A DNA stretch of 64,000 bases from Epiperipatus broadwayi (lineage: Eukaryota; Animalia; Onychophora). Below, piece by piece: positions 27,251 through 40,072 of this stretch; position 1 is the stretch's first letter, and every line of letters starts with the position of its first letter. The translations under genes and the position numbers were made by a program. The stretch spans positions 18,972,001 through 19,036,000 of the forward strand of contig JAQFVV010000003.1 in assembly GCA_028023455.1 (NCBI GenBank), written 5' to 3'. The notes under the pieces are model-generated. The model was not told where the DNA came from and ran no database searches. It saw only the letters and a list, made by a program, of their open reading frames with translations.

Positions 27251-28629
27251 TGAGATACAATTTTATTGTTTGCATATGTATTTATGTAACTTTAAATTTC
27301 AGACAATTCAGTAAAGCTTATGATGAAGTTTAAATTTTTAAGTAATGTCAAATTACCATTATTGATAAATTTATATGAAAAATATTTGCCACATATATGT
27401 AAACTGTTATAATATTTTAATTATATCATACTATTCAGAATTGAGTAATAATTTAGTTCAGCTGTTAAAAAAAAAGACCTCTATAAATGTAATTAATTAA
27501 AAAGAAGCCATGCTTTAATAAATCAGCTATAAAGATAATTTTTTTTACATGATAAAAAATTGTGAAACATACTATTTACCTAAGTTCGGTACTGCGTGTA
27601 TATAATAATTGTAATTGGTATTTGAATTGTGAAATGATGATGTACAGAGCAGTGATTTATTATTAAAATCTAAGTCATGCAAGAACCTGCCATTAATTTT
27701 TCAATTCTATAGCGATTCTATAACATAAGTCTGCAACATTACTTTCAAGTTATGAAAATAGATAGGATAATAATATTCATGCTAAATAGCTCAATACTTT
27801 CACTATTAAAATGAAAGCAACAAATAAAAATAAGGGCACTAGATGGTAAGTGTATTGACAAGGATGAATAAAAAATAAACGAGATTAAGTTGAGTAAATT
27901 TAATAACATCTTAGAAACAATTACGAAAGATGGTGACTTTAAAAATTATTAAGAATGAATGAATATGATGAAGATTGCAAATGAGTTTTTATTTAGAACT
28001 AGCTGGATTAACGAGAAAAAATAGAGGGACATTATAAAAGAAAAAAGCAAGGCATTATTAAAGAGGCTTCTAAGAAGCTATTATTGGTAAAAGAGGAAAT
28101 AAAGATTAAGTGAGATGGCTATTTAAAGAAAAATAATAATAACTAGAATGTAATTAGGACATCAATGAGACAAACTTAAGAAGTTAATGGAAGAAATTAA
28201 CAGTGCAAGATGGGAAAGTTCTGAAAAATTTTGGAGATATATGAAAAATAAAATTAAAGAAAAGAATGATACATTGTTAAATGCAGAGGCAAGAGAATGT
28301 GAGGTATGATAGAATGGATATAAAGAATCTGTAGAGAAGTCTGGAAAATAAGGGAATAGATTTAGAATTACTAAAAATGAGTAAGATGTTTATATGATTA
28401 ATTTTTATAAATATCATTTGGGGGCTATAGAACCAATGGAAGTTAAATGTAGAATTGAGTTGAAATGAGTATATCTGTTACTACCTTATTTGTTTTGTTT
28501 CTAAGAGAATTGGAGATTGAGATAGATAAATTAGGGATAGGGATGGATATATCTGTAATTGGAACCAAGAGAAATAGGCTGGTTTTTTTTTTTTTTTGTA
28601 AACAGTATAGACGATATGGAGTTGAAAGC

Positions 28630-29800
28630 AATTAAGATATCATATGTCTCCTGGTTGCATTATGTTGTTCAGCAGCAATTTTTTTTTTCTTCATACTTTT
28701 TGCCACCTAATGTAAGTTTAAGGAATCACTAGCTGCCATATGATAATGCTCATTAAATCTCTACCCAATGCTGTTCTATCCAATACACCAGATTAGTTTG
28801 TAGCTGACAGGTTTCAACACTGAGAAATTTTGGATCTGGAAATATTGCATGTGGATCTTTTAGATCTAATGCACCTTTCTTTTAGCAATCATTTTTTTTA
28901 CTTCTTTATTTTATCATCAAGATACCAGCCCAATTTGGAAAAACATGTTAATGTTTTCAATCCAAACTAATTTGCTTGTATAGTTATATTGATCTGAAAC
29001 CAGTTTAGTATCCATACAATATGATAACCTTAGTTTTTTAGTAATTATTGTCACATTTATTTCTTGACTAGGATTAGTATAAAACAAATAAGACATCACA
29101 TGATCCTGCTTATATCATACTGTTCAGCAGCAAATGTTTTTTTTTCTCACCACTTTTTTGCAAACTAATACAAATTTTATTAATCAATAGATGCCAGATT
29201 ATAATGCTTATAAAATTCCTCTCTCTGCACTACTTTCCAAATCCAAAGCTCCTCACTGATGAAACCATAAATTAGAAACTAATCAGGGTACTGAATAGAA
29301 TAGCACTGGATAAAGATCTAAAATGCACTAGAAATTCTAGCCAATGAATAAAGGTGAATAGTGATCAAAAAAACTAAAATCATTATAAGGATCTAATTTA
29401 TCCAAATTACTTTAAATACTTTTTAGCAAAAATCTTTTATTGTACATATATACACCTACGTTTCAACTGTTCTGCAGTCTTTCTCAGAGCCAGTTTACTT
29501 TAATCTTGTTAAAAAAATATGATTTTGATAATATAAGGATATTGAACTGATTACAGATCTATATAACTATACAAGCAAATTATCTTGGATTGAAATCATT
29601 AACATGTTTTTAAATTGGTCTGGTGATGGCTGCTAGAGAAAAATAAATCAGATTTAAAAAATCCAGATGTGCTGCTCCCAGATTTAAAAGCTCCTCACTA
29701 ATGAGAGACTTAAACTAGAAACTTGTCTGAGGATATGGGATAGAATAGCATAAGATAAGATATTTAATAAGCACTACTTACATTAGCTGACAAATATGGT
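28630..29800. mobile_element. Cluster of old family-A-related fragments in both orientations
   Basis: Decayed aagctcctcact(g/a)atga...agaaact..tc motifs near 29245 and 29690. Minus-strand fragments near 28790 and 29095, with an orientation switch near 29238. Confidence 0.6.
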
Positions 29801-30496
29801 GAGAAAACAAATATGTAATTGATATCAGAGAAATATGGAGAAGCAGGAATAAACACAAAAATTAAATTAATGTAAGAATAAAACTGAAAGATGGAAAATA
29901 AGAGATATTTGAAAGGAGTGTAGATATAGGTATTTTATTGAATGGAAAAATAAATTATAGAGTAATTGAAATTTAAAATTGAGAAGAAAAATGGTACAGA
30001 ATAGGATTGATTAAAATGAGATATGTAGAATTATTTGGAAAGTAGTGATTGTGTCTGCTTAACATTTGAAAATGATACATTTTGTATTAGCCAGGGAACT
30101 CGTAAATTTCTAGATAAAATACAAAAAGTAGATATATGTACAGTAGATAATGAATTGTGGATTAATGCTATTTAATATGAAATGGAATGGATTTTCTCTT
30201 TAGTGAGAGAAATCAATACTAAATTAAAAATTCAATATATGAATGGAAATGGATTTAGTAAAAATAATGCTTAATTGATTTATGTGGAGAAAATAACACA
30301 TATGGCAATGAAGGATTTATAATGTGAAAAGTTAATAGATAGACAATTTCTATGTATTTATGTAAAATATTTCTAACAAAATAAATATACGTAAAAAACA
30401 TATGGAGCAAAGCTTTAATGAATAGTAGTCAGGTGTCAATCATAGACATAGCAATAATTGTAGTGGGGAGAGGAGGATGTATGTATATTGTTAGTG

Positions 30497-31200
30497 CTAA
30501 TTTACATTTAAATTACATATTGCATTATGATAGGTGAGTAGGACTTTTTTTGAAAAGGGGATTGCACAATTTCCTTTTATTAATGGTGTATTTGTCTTTA
30601 GAGATGTGCCATATTTCCTTAATTTTTCACTTGGATCATTGAGCTCAGTGCAAACAATGTTGACAGAGAAGGGAGCAAAGGCATAGCCAATTGTGGAAAA
30701 ATGTTCGAAAAAAATTGAATAAATATTGGAATTGGTTTTAGTTTTGTTACAGAAATGTGTTGAGCAATGCAAATAGAGAAGTTGGCCCAAGATTCACCAT
30801 AAACGGAGGGGCAGATGGGGTTATGGCATTTGATTTTGTACACAATCTGGGAGTGGAGATCAGCTGGCAAACTATCTTTTGAATTGTTAAGTAAGTGTTG
30901 TAGAGGAGGGGAGGTGTGTATCTTCAATATCTATAGAAGATTTAAATCTCATATTAGCTTTGGGATATGTAAATAGTGGAACCCTTTCCTCATAGATAAT
31001 TTAAATCAATTCTAATCATTTATGAAATTCAGTTTCCTACAGTTGAAGTTATTCTGCTTCAAGTTACAATTTAAGAAAGCTGACTAGAGTTAATATCCTA
31101 TATATTTTGAATGGAATATTAAAAATTCTTTCCAATAATAATAGGATATTTTCCTCTGGTAGGTTGAATAAACTCATAGGGATATCCCTCGAGAATATCA
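30497..31200 (-). mobile_element. Decayed Penelope-like element: RT C-terminal region plus GIY-YIG endonuclease
   Basis: ORF 30619..30927 IVYKIKCHNPICPSVYGES..CIAQH is GIY-YIG-like with two Cys. ORF 30497..30790 EHFSTIGYAF continues it. DILEGYPYEFI at 31167-31199 resembles the PLE LxxNGYPxxFI motif. Confidence 0.7.
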
Positions 31201-31476
31201 ATATCATTTCAATCTAAGTTTGAACTAAACTAGCAATTATTCTATATTCATCTATTAAAGAACCAAAAGTTGCTGATAAAACTTTTTAAATCTCTAGATC
31301 ATGCTAGAAAAGAAAAGTAGAGAGAACTATGGAAAAATAAAAGTACAAGATCTAGTCAAAAAGCATCATCATTTTTATATAGACTTGGTGGTTGTAAAAA
31401 TATCTCTAAAAGAATTATTACTATCATTACTAATGAGATTGCCAGTCTTACATGTCAAACTTCTTATATAAGTCAG

Positions 31477-32174
31477 TTCTTGATATAACAAGAAAAACAT
31501 TATTAGATCAGAACTGCAAGCTTCTCTTTCACATAGTTCTTATAATATCAATCTATTAAAACCATTTTCTTTTGTTTATCTTAAACCAGGAAAGATGGGA
31601 CCAGATAGTATACTTCCAGAAGTTCTAAAAAATGTAAGATCTAAAGCCAAAGCAAGGCATAAAAGCAAAACTATAGTAATTTTACAATCAAATAAATCAG
31701 CAAATTTACCTGCTAATTTCAATATTATTTGTTTCTGCAAGCTTTTAAAAAAAAATTATAGTAATTACAATTTAGCTAATAATTGAAAACACTATCTGTA
31801 GAGCAGACTGGGTTTAAGTCATAAATGTATTCTTGATATAACAAGAAAACCAGCATTAAATCAGAACTGCAAGCTTTTCTTTCACAACGTCCCCGTAATA
31901 TTAACCTATTAAAACCAGTAAATATAATGTGAACTTGATTGTCTTAAACCAGGAAAGATAGGAGCAGATAGTAACAATTTGAGAAATTTAAAAAATGTAA
32001 TGTCTAAAGCCAAAGCATGGCATAAAAGCAAAACTATGGCAGTCTTAAAAACAAATGAATAAGTAAATTTATCTGTTAATATCATTATTATTTGTTTCCT
32101 ACAAGCTTTTAAAGAAATTATAGCAACAACAATTTAGCAACTATTTACCTATAAAGCAGATTTGGTTTAAGTCA
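31477..32174 (+). mobile_element. LINE RT N-terminal remnant present as a diverged 353-bp tandem duplication
   Basis: LKPGKMGPDSILPEVLKN..KTIVILQSNKSANLPANF matches the K.PGPDGI..E.LK / K..K....P.NYRPI pattern. Copies start at 31477 and 31830. Confidence 0.7.
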
Positions 32175-32881
32175 AGAAGTTGCTTGAACAAGTTTTATCT
32201 TTAATAATTTCAATGAAAAAGATTTACAAAGTAAATTAAAAATTGATGTTACCTTTATGTATCCAACCCCATTTTATAATTCTGTTTGCATTCTTTTTAA
32301 AGTTTCTAAAATTCTTAACTGCATTAAAACCAATTTACTTGGCAAAATGCTCTCCAGTAGAAAAATTGAAATTAAATGATAGTCATAGGATGATTTTCAG
32401 ATACAAATACAGGAAAATGATATAGTAACATTGTTTAACTTCATAGAAGAACTCTTTTTCAGATATAAAAAAATTTGGAAATCTTTTTCAAACACTGAAA
32501 TTTTATTCCTGATCCTATAAAGATAATAATGCTCAATTTTTCATCTTAATCTTGTAATCTGAATATAACCTTTTATAACAAAAGGTTGAAACACAAACAT
32601 ATTCTATGCTATTTAGGTATTAATTTTAGACCCTTAATTAAGATTAGATCTAAAATAATTTCTAGGAATAGCCTCTTTGGAAAGCTGGTGGCCAAAACTA
32701 CAGTATTTGGGATTGTGATGCAAGTACTTACAACTTTCATAACACTAGCAGTATTTTTCTGGTCAATCTTTTGCCCTGTTAGGAGTAAACGTATCTTTAT
32801 TAAACATTTGGATACTTAATTAAATATAATCATGAGAAATATTACTGGTATACTTACAGAAAATATATAAAAAGTCTTTAA

Positions 32882-33505
32882 ACTCAGACTTTCACACGAC
32901 CCACTACTCTCAGTGCCATCTCATATTGCTGACCTACCTGATCACACACATGTTGAAAAGATAAATAATCACCAATATACGTATTTCATGCTAAACCCAG
33001 CAATCATCAGTTGTTCTAGATTACTATCCTCACACATATATACAATCAGTGCTCAGCTTTATATTAAGATAGCCAATCTTCATTATTCTCCTGTACATGA
33101 GGGGTCAGAATGACTAATATGTCAACATGGGTAGGATGACAATCTTGGCACTTAACAAGGACTTTGAACGTTCCATCATCAGATTTTCAATGAAATGGAT
33201 GGCTGAAAAGTTGTGAGTTGGAATAGTTTGAAGCCTGTCCATTAAAGTATGAAGATTGGCTATCTTAATATAAAACTGAGCACTGATTGTATATATATGT
33301 GAGGATAGCAATCTAGACCAACTGATGATTGCTGGTTTAGCATGAAATACGTATATTGGTAATTATTTATCTTTTCAACATGTGTGTGATCAGGTTGGTC
33401 AGCAATATGAGATAGCACTGAGAGTAGTGGATCATGTGAAAGTCTGAGTTCGAATCCGAATATCTTACATATATAAAAATGCATGTTTAAGCCTGTACAA
33501 TGTAT
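32882..33505. mobile_element. Penelope-type fold-back insertion, family B
   Basis: Left arm 32882-33083 is the inverted copy of about 33252-33450. 55-bp tail on the right arm only. 14-bp TSD TAAAAAGTCTTTAA (32868-32881, 33506-33519). HHR motifs at 32971-33015 (-) and 33317-33360 (+). Confidence 0.85.
33317..33360 (+). ncRNA. Minimal type I hammerhead ribozyme, intact, sense to UBE2H (family B)
   Basis: accaa CTGATGA t tgct ggttt agca t GAA atacgtat a ttggt; predicted cleavage after 33355. Confidence 0.85.
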
Positions 33506-34706
33506 TAAAAAGTCTTTAAGTAGATTGAATTTGTCACTAGCTAAAAATATAGTTTCAGCATCTCAAACTCATAAAAAATTGACTTTTATGATATTGTAAA
33601 TAAATTTCTTTTTCCAGATACAAAGTAAAGCCAGCTGGATTTAATTTTCTTATCAACAGTTTCAGAATAAATTATGCTCATTGCATTCATCTGCTTGGAA
33701 TGTCACAATTATTGACCTATGTAGATGTAGACAAACACATATAGTTAATGATTATCAAATCTATGGTTATAAAGGGAGAACTGAAGAACTTAAAGCGATT
33801 CTAATTCCAAGTTGCAATCTCCACAGGTTCCTTTATGATAATATACATCCCAGAACAAAATTGAATAACATTAGCAATTAAAAAAAAAAAGTTAGGAATT
33901 ACTGTATATAAGAATAAAAATTATATAAAGTATATTAGAATGCATAATAACACAGAAGGAAGTATATTGTTATTTAGTACAAGAGCAAAAACTTTAGATA
34001 TCGGGTGTGTGTGTAGAAATGGAATAAGAATTTGGAATGTAGATGTAGTATATAAAGATGGAACAGAGAGTTTTGAACATTTATTTTTGAATGCAGGTAT
34101 TGAAAGATAATTGGAATAAATTGTATGGAGTGTGGAAGAAATTTAATTGTAAAGAGAATGAAAGATGCAGAGATTTCATGATTTTTTTATTTAGATCTTT
34201 ATAATGAAATTGTGGTATATGATAGGATAATGGAATTGTGGAAACAGCTTTTATTAAATAGGATGGGGAGTAAAAGGAAACAAATCAAGAATGAAGAGGA
34301 AGTAAGTAAGCGTTTTGGAAGGTGATGGGGTTTAACTTTGCTATCAGATTAGCCCATGCACAGAAACTTACTGATTTCATTTAAGGAGAACCATTTTACT
34401 AATAAAAGTAGGTATAGATAACAGATTTTAGCACATTTAACATTTTATCAACTTGATAATTGGCCAGTTCTTTTGGGAAAATTTAAACTGTCATTGAAAC
34501 TTTTTATCAATTATTTTTAAATACAAGTTTTTATCTATTTCACTTAGCACTTTCAAAATTAGAAAGAAAATTCATCTTAATCTAAAATCTGGAACATTGG
34601 TAACTTTTTGAGAATCTTTAATCTCGATATCACTCTTAATCAGGTATGTATGCATACTGAACTTTACATGTTGTTGGCTCTAAAATTTCAATCATACATA
34701 TTATTC

Positions 34707-34790
34707 ACAGAGGCAAAACTCTCCTCGCTACTGTATGGAGAGTTTTGCCTCTGTAAACAGCTTGTGTAAGCATAAAGAATGGTGATCATA
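34707..34790. mobile_element. Miniature family-A-related fold-back (18-bp perfect arms, 12-nt spacer, plus tail)
   Basis: acagaggcaaaactctcc / ggagagttttgcctctgt followed by the family-A-like tail ...gtaagcataaagaatggtgatca. Confidence 0.65.
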
Positions 34791-35759
34791 TCATATTCTA
34801 CTTGCTTTTATGTTAATAAATGAAAAAAAAAAATCCTTCCCCTTCCATTTTTGTTTACTATTATTAAATTAAGATAGACAATGTTTTATAGTAAAGCTAT
34901 ACAACTTTTATAGTAGTATTCTATTTTTTAATAAAACACAGTGTATGGGTATAGATAATTTTTTGATTATATAATTACTTTGCTTACTTTTTAGTAATAT
35001 GTTCTGAACTCAGCATCATATTTCACACATGTGCCATAGATTGGCCATACCTGATTTAAATAGTGTGTCACAGAAACAAAATTAATAATTTTTATTCATT
35101 CATTCATTCATTAGATTAGAAATTACCTATTTAATTAATAATATTTCTGTAGTGTAATTTTCACTACACCACTCTCACACATAGGGACTAGTTTCTATCC
35201 ACTTTTAACACCATGTGATGTTTAAAGGGGATAAAAAACTATTGAGGATCGTACATCTTTTTCGCATCTTTGCTCATATGTTTATGATTATACAAGATGT
35301 AAAAAGTAGACAGAAATCAGTCCCTCTTGGTATGAGAATGGCATAGTGAAAATTACACTACAGAAAAATTCATTAAAAAACAAAATTAGTTTGTTGTTAA
35401 TAAAGATTCTCCCACTCCATTCCTTTTTTTTTAAATGTCTAAACTGAGTTATTATTTAATTTTTTTAATTAAAAATTGTTCAGTATTTCCTATTGTGAGA
35501 TGATATATTGTCTATATCTCTGTCTGTTGCATATACATAGCCAATGTCACATTTTCTGTTACCTTTATCAGTATTTAAAATTATTAAACATTACAAGCAT
35601 AAAGCTAAACTAGTCAATATAAAATCAAAACTACCCCAAATCTAAAATTAAACCAGACCAGCATAAAAATAATATTAAAACACAACCTAAGGTTTCACTG
35701 CTACAAGCAGACTTCTCAAGTGTAAAGAACTATAAAAAAACCACACATTATATATACTA

Positions 35760-36086
35760 TTAAAAACTACCCACAAATCCATTCACTTCCCATCCACCCT
35801 TAATATTAAAAGAACTCTTAAATAAGTTAATTGCTTCAGAATAATAAATTTTCAATAATAAAGACTCTTTAATTCTTCTTTTGATTTCATTTCTCTCAAA
35901 GAAGACAACCTTAGCTTCATCAAAATCAATAGTGTGGCCTGTATCTTTTTCATGGACATACAAAGCAGAACTAAGATATCTATTTTTAACTCTACTTTTA
36001 TGAACCTTTATTCTTTCATTTAAACTCAAACTACTCTGACCTATGTAAACCTTCTTACAAAATAAACAAGGAATAAAATATACCAC
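35760..36086 (-). pseudogene. Inverted second copy of the same GIY-YIG domain
   Basis: 108-aa ORF identical to 36177..36503 except T/N in GH(T/N)IDF. Confidence 0.9.
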
Positions 36087-36176
36087 ACCTGGTGTGGTAT
36101 ATTTTATTCCTTGTTTATTTTGTAAGAAGGTTTACATAGGTCAGAGTAGTTTGAGTTTAAATATACCACACCTGGT

Positions 36177-36503
36177 GTGGTATATTTTATTCCTTGTTTA
36201 TTTTGTAAGAAGGTTTACATAGGTCAGAGTAGTTTGAGTTTAAATGAAAGAATAAAGGTTCATAAAAGTAGAGTTAAAAATAGATATCTTAGTTCTGCTT
36301 TGTATGTCCATGAAAAAGATACAGGCCACAATATTGATTTTGATGAAGCTAAGGTTGTCTTCTTTGAGAGAAATGAAATCAAAAGAAGAATTAAAGAGTC
36401 TTTATTATTGAAAATTTATTATTCTGAAGCAATTAACTTATTTAAGAGTTCTTTTAATATTAAGGGTGGATGGGAAGTGAATGGATTTGTGGGTAGTTTT
36501 TAA
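36177..36503 (+). pseudogene. 5'-truncated PLE GIY-YIG endonuclease domain (frame intact)
   Basis: (GV)VYFIPCLFCKKVYIGQ...HK...ALYVH...R..KE: GIY-YIG motif with the Cys-Cys-His-His arrangement typical of Penelope endonucleases. No RT upstream. Confidence 0.9.
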
Positions 36504-36539
36504 TAGTATATATAATGTGTGGTTTTTTTGTAGTTCTTT

Positions 36540-36583
36540 ACACTTGAGAAGTCTGCTTGTAGCAGTGAAACCTTAGGTTGTGT
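36540..36583 (+). ncRNA. Hammerhead candidate with U3-A8 core (family C); mirror copy at 35680-35723 (-)
   Basis: acac TTGAGAA gt ctgc ttgta gcag t GAA accttaggt t gtgt, located 37 bp after the endonuclease stop codon, where PLE hammerheads are expected. Confidence 0.6.
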
Positions 36584-38487
36584 TTTAATATTATTTTTAT
36601 GCTGGTCTGGTTTAATTTTAGATTTGGGGTAGTTTTGATTTTAAAATTATTAGGATATACGAGAATTCCTTTTCGTTCTAGGTATTAAATGTAATCATTT
36701 AAATTAATAAGATCAGTTAATACTAAATGGCACTGCATCATCCAGTATTCTATAATCAGTTTTTGACTTTAAGGAGCATTTATTTTAAATATAAGCCAGC
36801 CATCTATTCTCTACAAGTTGTTATCAATAATATTTTCAATTTATTATATAAATTTTCACCACGGGTTCTTCACAAACTTTATTTAATCTCGAAACAAAAT
36901 ATAAATTTCAACCCATTGTATGAGTTTCTAATTCCAATGCAAGCAAGGATCACATTTAACCCAGATAAAACATTTTTATGCTTATTGATTTATTAAATAT
37001 CAGTTGTCTTAAGTGTATTGATTTGACAATTATGTTTTTAATCAGCATCTAATATTTTCAACTCTAAAGTCAGTCCGTTTATTTAGCAACATAAATCTAA
37101 TCTTTGATCTTTAAATATAAGGATAGTAAAATTAATATCAAATATTATATTTGACAGTGATGACATTTATCAATTGTCAAATATTAGTATCACATTGTAT
37201 CAGCAGCATCTGTAATTGATTTTGGGAAACCGTGGAAGTTATATGATACTTAATTAATGCAGCTATTCTACTCTGTTTATAGCAATTTAAATGTTTCTTA
37301 ATGCACCATTAATTTGTAAATGAAACTACTATATATAGATTCATTTTGACTTTCTGCTCATACAGTTTCTTGGTAAGAGCAGTTCTTCAAATTGACTGTT
37401 TGCTGAATCAAATGAACAAATTGAAGGAACTTCTTAACTGAGATTGAGTTTCATTATGTACTTACAAGTCAATTCACTGGATTGAGTAGATTCTCAGATT
37501 AATAGCAGCAAAGATATGAGCATTCTTTAATTTTATGGAGAATGAATATTAATGACTAATTGTAAATGTACAGTTTAAATTGATGAAGATTATAAATGAT
37601 TTTCCATTCATCATTCCTTGGGAAATTTGTGTGCTTTGTTAGTAAAAGTGCTTTGTGATAACTTATTTTTGAATAATTAATCCCTCATTTATTGAAATAC
37701 AAATATGTCTTATTAATATGAATAATAATTCCTAAGAAACATTAATCATATTTATATTATCTGAAGTTATTATTATATTATAATTACTTCCAAATCAATG
37801 AAAATAAGCAATAAAAATATTTATACACATCTTTTATTTTTCTACTAAGCTATGAGTATTTTCATTTTAGGTTTATCATTAACTAAACAAAAAAAATATA
37901 ACATTTTCCGTTTTGTTAGGCCTCTACACGCAATATAAACTGCGCGCGAGTTGATCAAGTTATGTCAAAAAGAAGAAAGTTGTATTTCTATTTCTAAAAA
38001 CATAACTATATTTCCTGATCAACTCGGCCTAGTAATTGTTGAGAATTATGCTATCGACGAAATCAGTTTTTAATTTATTTGAACGGCGCCAGAGTTCTAC
38101 AAGAACCCACTGAAACCGTCACATAACATCTTACAAATAAAAAAGAAAAATACTTTTAAACTAATCGGTATTGCATCACACCGTAACGAGAATTATTTTT
38201 TTGAGATTATTATTCCTGGGCTTTTTCAAACATATTGGCAAAGGTAAATTACATTCTTAAACCTTATTAAACTAATAATAAATTTAATAATAAAAAATAA
38301 TAACTATTATTAATAACGTACAAATGAAAATTGATATTAGAAATATTTTTATTCTAACAGATTAAAAATCCGTTTAAGTTAAAATGTGAATTATTAATTA
38401 AGTAAATTGGAGAGAACACACACTAATTTAAATATGAAGCAATTAATAAAATAAAGTAATTAAAACAATTAATTAAAGTTCTTGATT

Positions 38488-38525
38488 AAATAAGAGTCTC
38501 TTGATCAAATAAGAGTCTCTTGATC
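38488..38525 (+). repeat. Perfect 19-bp tandem duplication
   Basis: aaataagagtctcttgatc twice; the unit contains the interrupted palindrome aagag-t-ctctt. Confidence 0.9.
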
Positions 38526-40072
38526 ACTAAAATTAAAGTCCATATCGGGGTCCTATTATATGTATATTTTTAAGAAAGATTTGTCGACAATTTAGTCACA
38601 ATCGGGAATAATAAAGTGTCAAAGCTTACCGGTAAATTTAGTGGGAAGGTAGTAGATTAACTATGCATAGTTTTTTGTGTTAGAATGAGCTCGGCCTTTG
38701 ATTATTATTTGATCTTGTGATCCATTCTCCTAGACGGTCATGAAGGCTTTTCTGGTGTACATCTTCAGGCACGATGTCCGCAGAAGCTCCAGTTCACTCC
38801 GACATACCGAATTATTTCAGCGTAGAGCGATCCTAGATATATTATTGTTATCTAGAACTAACTAGAGAAACAAACGAAACAAGACGTTCTTCAAACTGAC
38901 CCCCTCCTTTTTATACTAGAGGTCCAGTTTTCAGACTTCTGCGCATGCTATTATCATGGCGTTTTTGGTTCATAATCTTGTACAGTCTTTACTCATTTTT
39001 CGATTACAAAGTTCTCTTTTTTTTTAGCAAATCTTTTGGCCATCTTTAATTCTTTAATTAGCTAAAATATTTTTCTTTTAGCTTATCTTTTTTTTTTACT
39101 TTTGGAATTCTTTTGTTCTCTCCAATTCTACTTTTATTTCTAATTTCATAAAAAAAAATACGAAAGAATAATTTAACTTTCATTGTAGGTTTTTTTCTAA
39201 AAAAATAAATTATAGTCAAAAAAAAATCTAAATTTACTTTTATTTTTTAGCTTTTACCAAATGCCAATATATTTGCACCATATATAAATAAACGGTACAA
39301 TATAATGTTATTCCATTTTATTAAAAAAAATTTTATCTGGTTCCTATAATGTCTTTTTATATGTGACAAAAATGCACTAGTGACTTAATGTGCAATTTTT
39401 TGTCTCAAGTTGGAATAAAATCAGAATTGACTTCATATTAATTATAATATGATGTTATTTTGTATCTCTTTCTATTTGAATTTAGACTGATGTTTTGTGC
39501 TTTCCCACAAATTTATTTTCAATGTATGTAAAAATAAACTTCATAGAATATTAATATAATTTGATTTTTGCATCTAACAAAAAATTTTATTTTTTAATTT
39601 GGACAATTTTAATTAAATAAAATGCTATATAGTCCTTAACAATTTGTTATACTGCTTTTAGATTGAGTGTTATTTACACCCTCTTTAAATTCTAATGTAA
39701 AAATATTTAAAATTTGTTTATTATATTCATTTATAACTATCTTAAAATATTTATATCACTGAAATTTTACTTGTATATAATAAACTTTTTTTTTTTTAAT
39801 GCTTTTATTGAAGTTGGAAAATTGATTTGTTTGTTGGTATGTTAGTTTGTAAACTTTTGATCTTTTTTAAGTTAGAATGAAATTTTAAAATTGAGCGTTA
39901 ATTGATTTAAATTCAATAGAATTGTTTGAAATTTGATATATGACTAATTAATACCAAGTTAATCCATATGGGATACTAATCTTTTCAGTAGATCACTTAG
40001 TTTCTTAGATATAGAACAGAGGGAAGGAAAATATTGAATATTTTTTTGATATCAAATTTAAAATTTTTTCTT

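Larger units (their letters stand above)
35587..36639. mobile_element. Young Penelope-like fold-back insertion, family C (GIY-YIG 3' end in two inverted copies)
   Basis: Arms of about 470 bp (35620-36089 vs 36174-36643) in which I see only two substitutions. 13-bp direct repeat TTTAAAATTATTA at 35574-35586 and 36640-36652. About 34-bp tail on the left arm only. Confidence 0.92.

Noticed and set aside
38894-38915. Minus-strand TATAAAAA plus TCAGTT as a core promoter
   Set aside because: TATA-to-initiator spacing is 18 bp rather than about 30 bp, so it is not supportable without TSS data.
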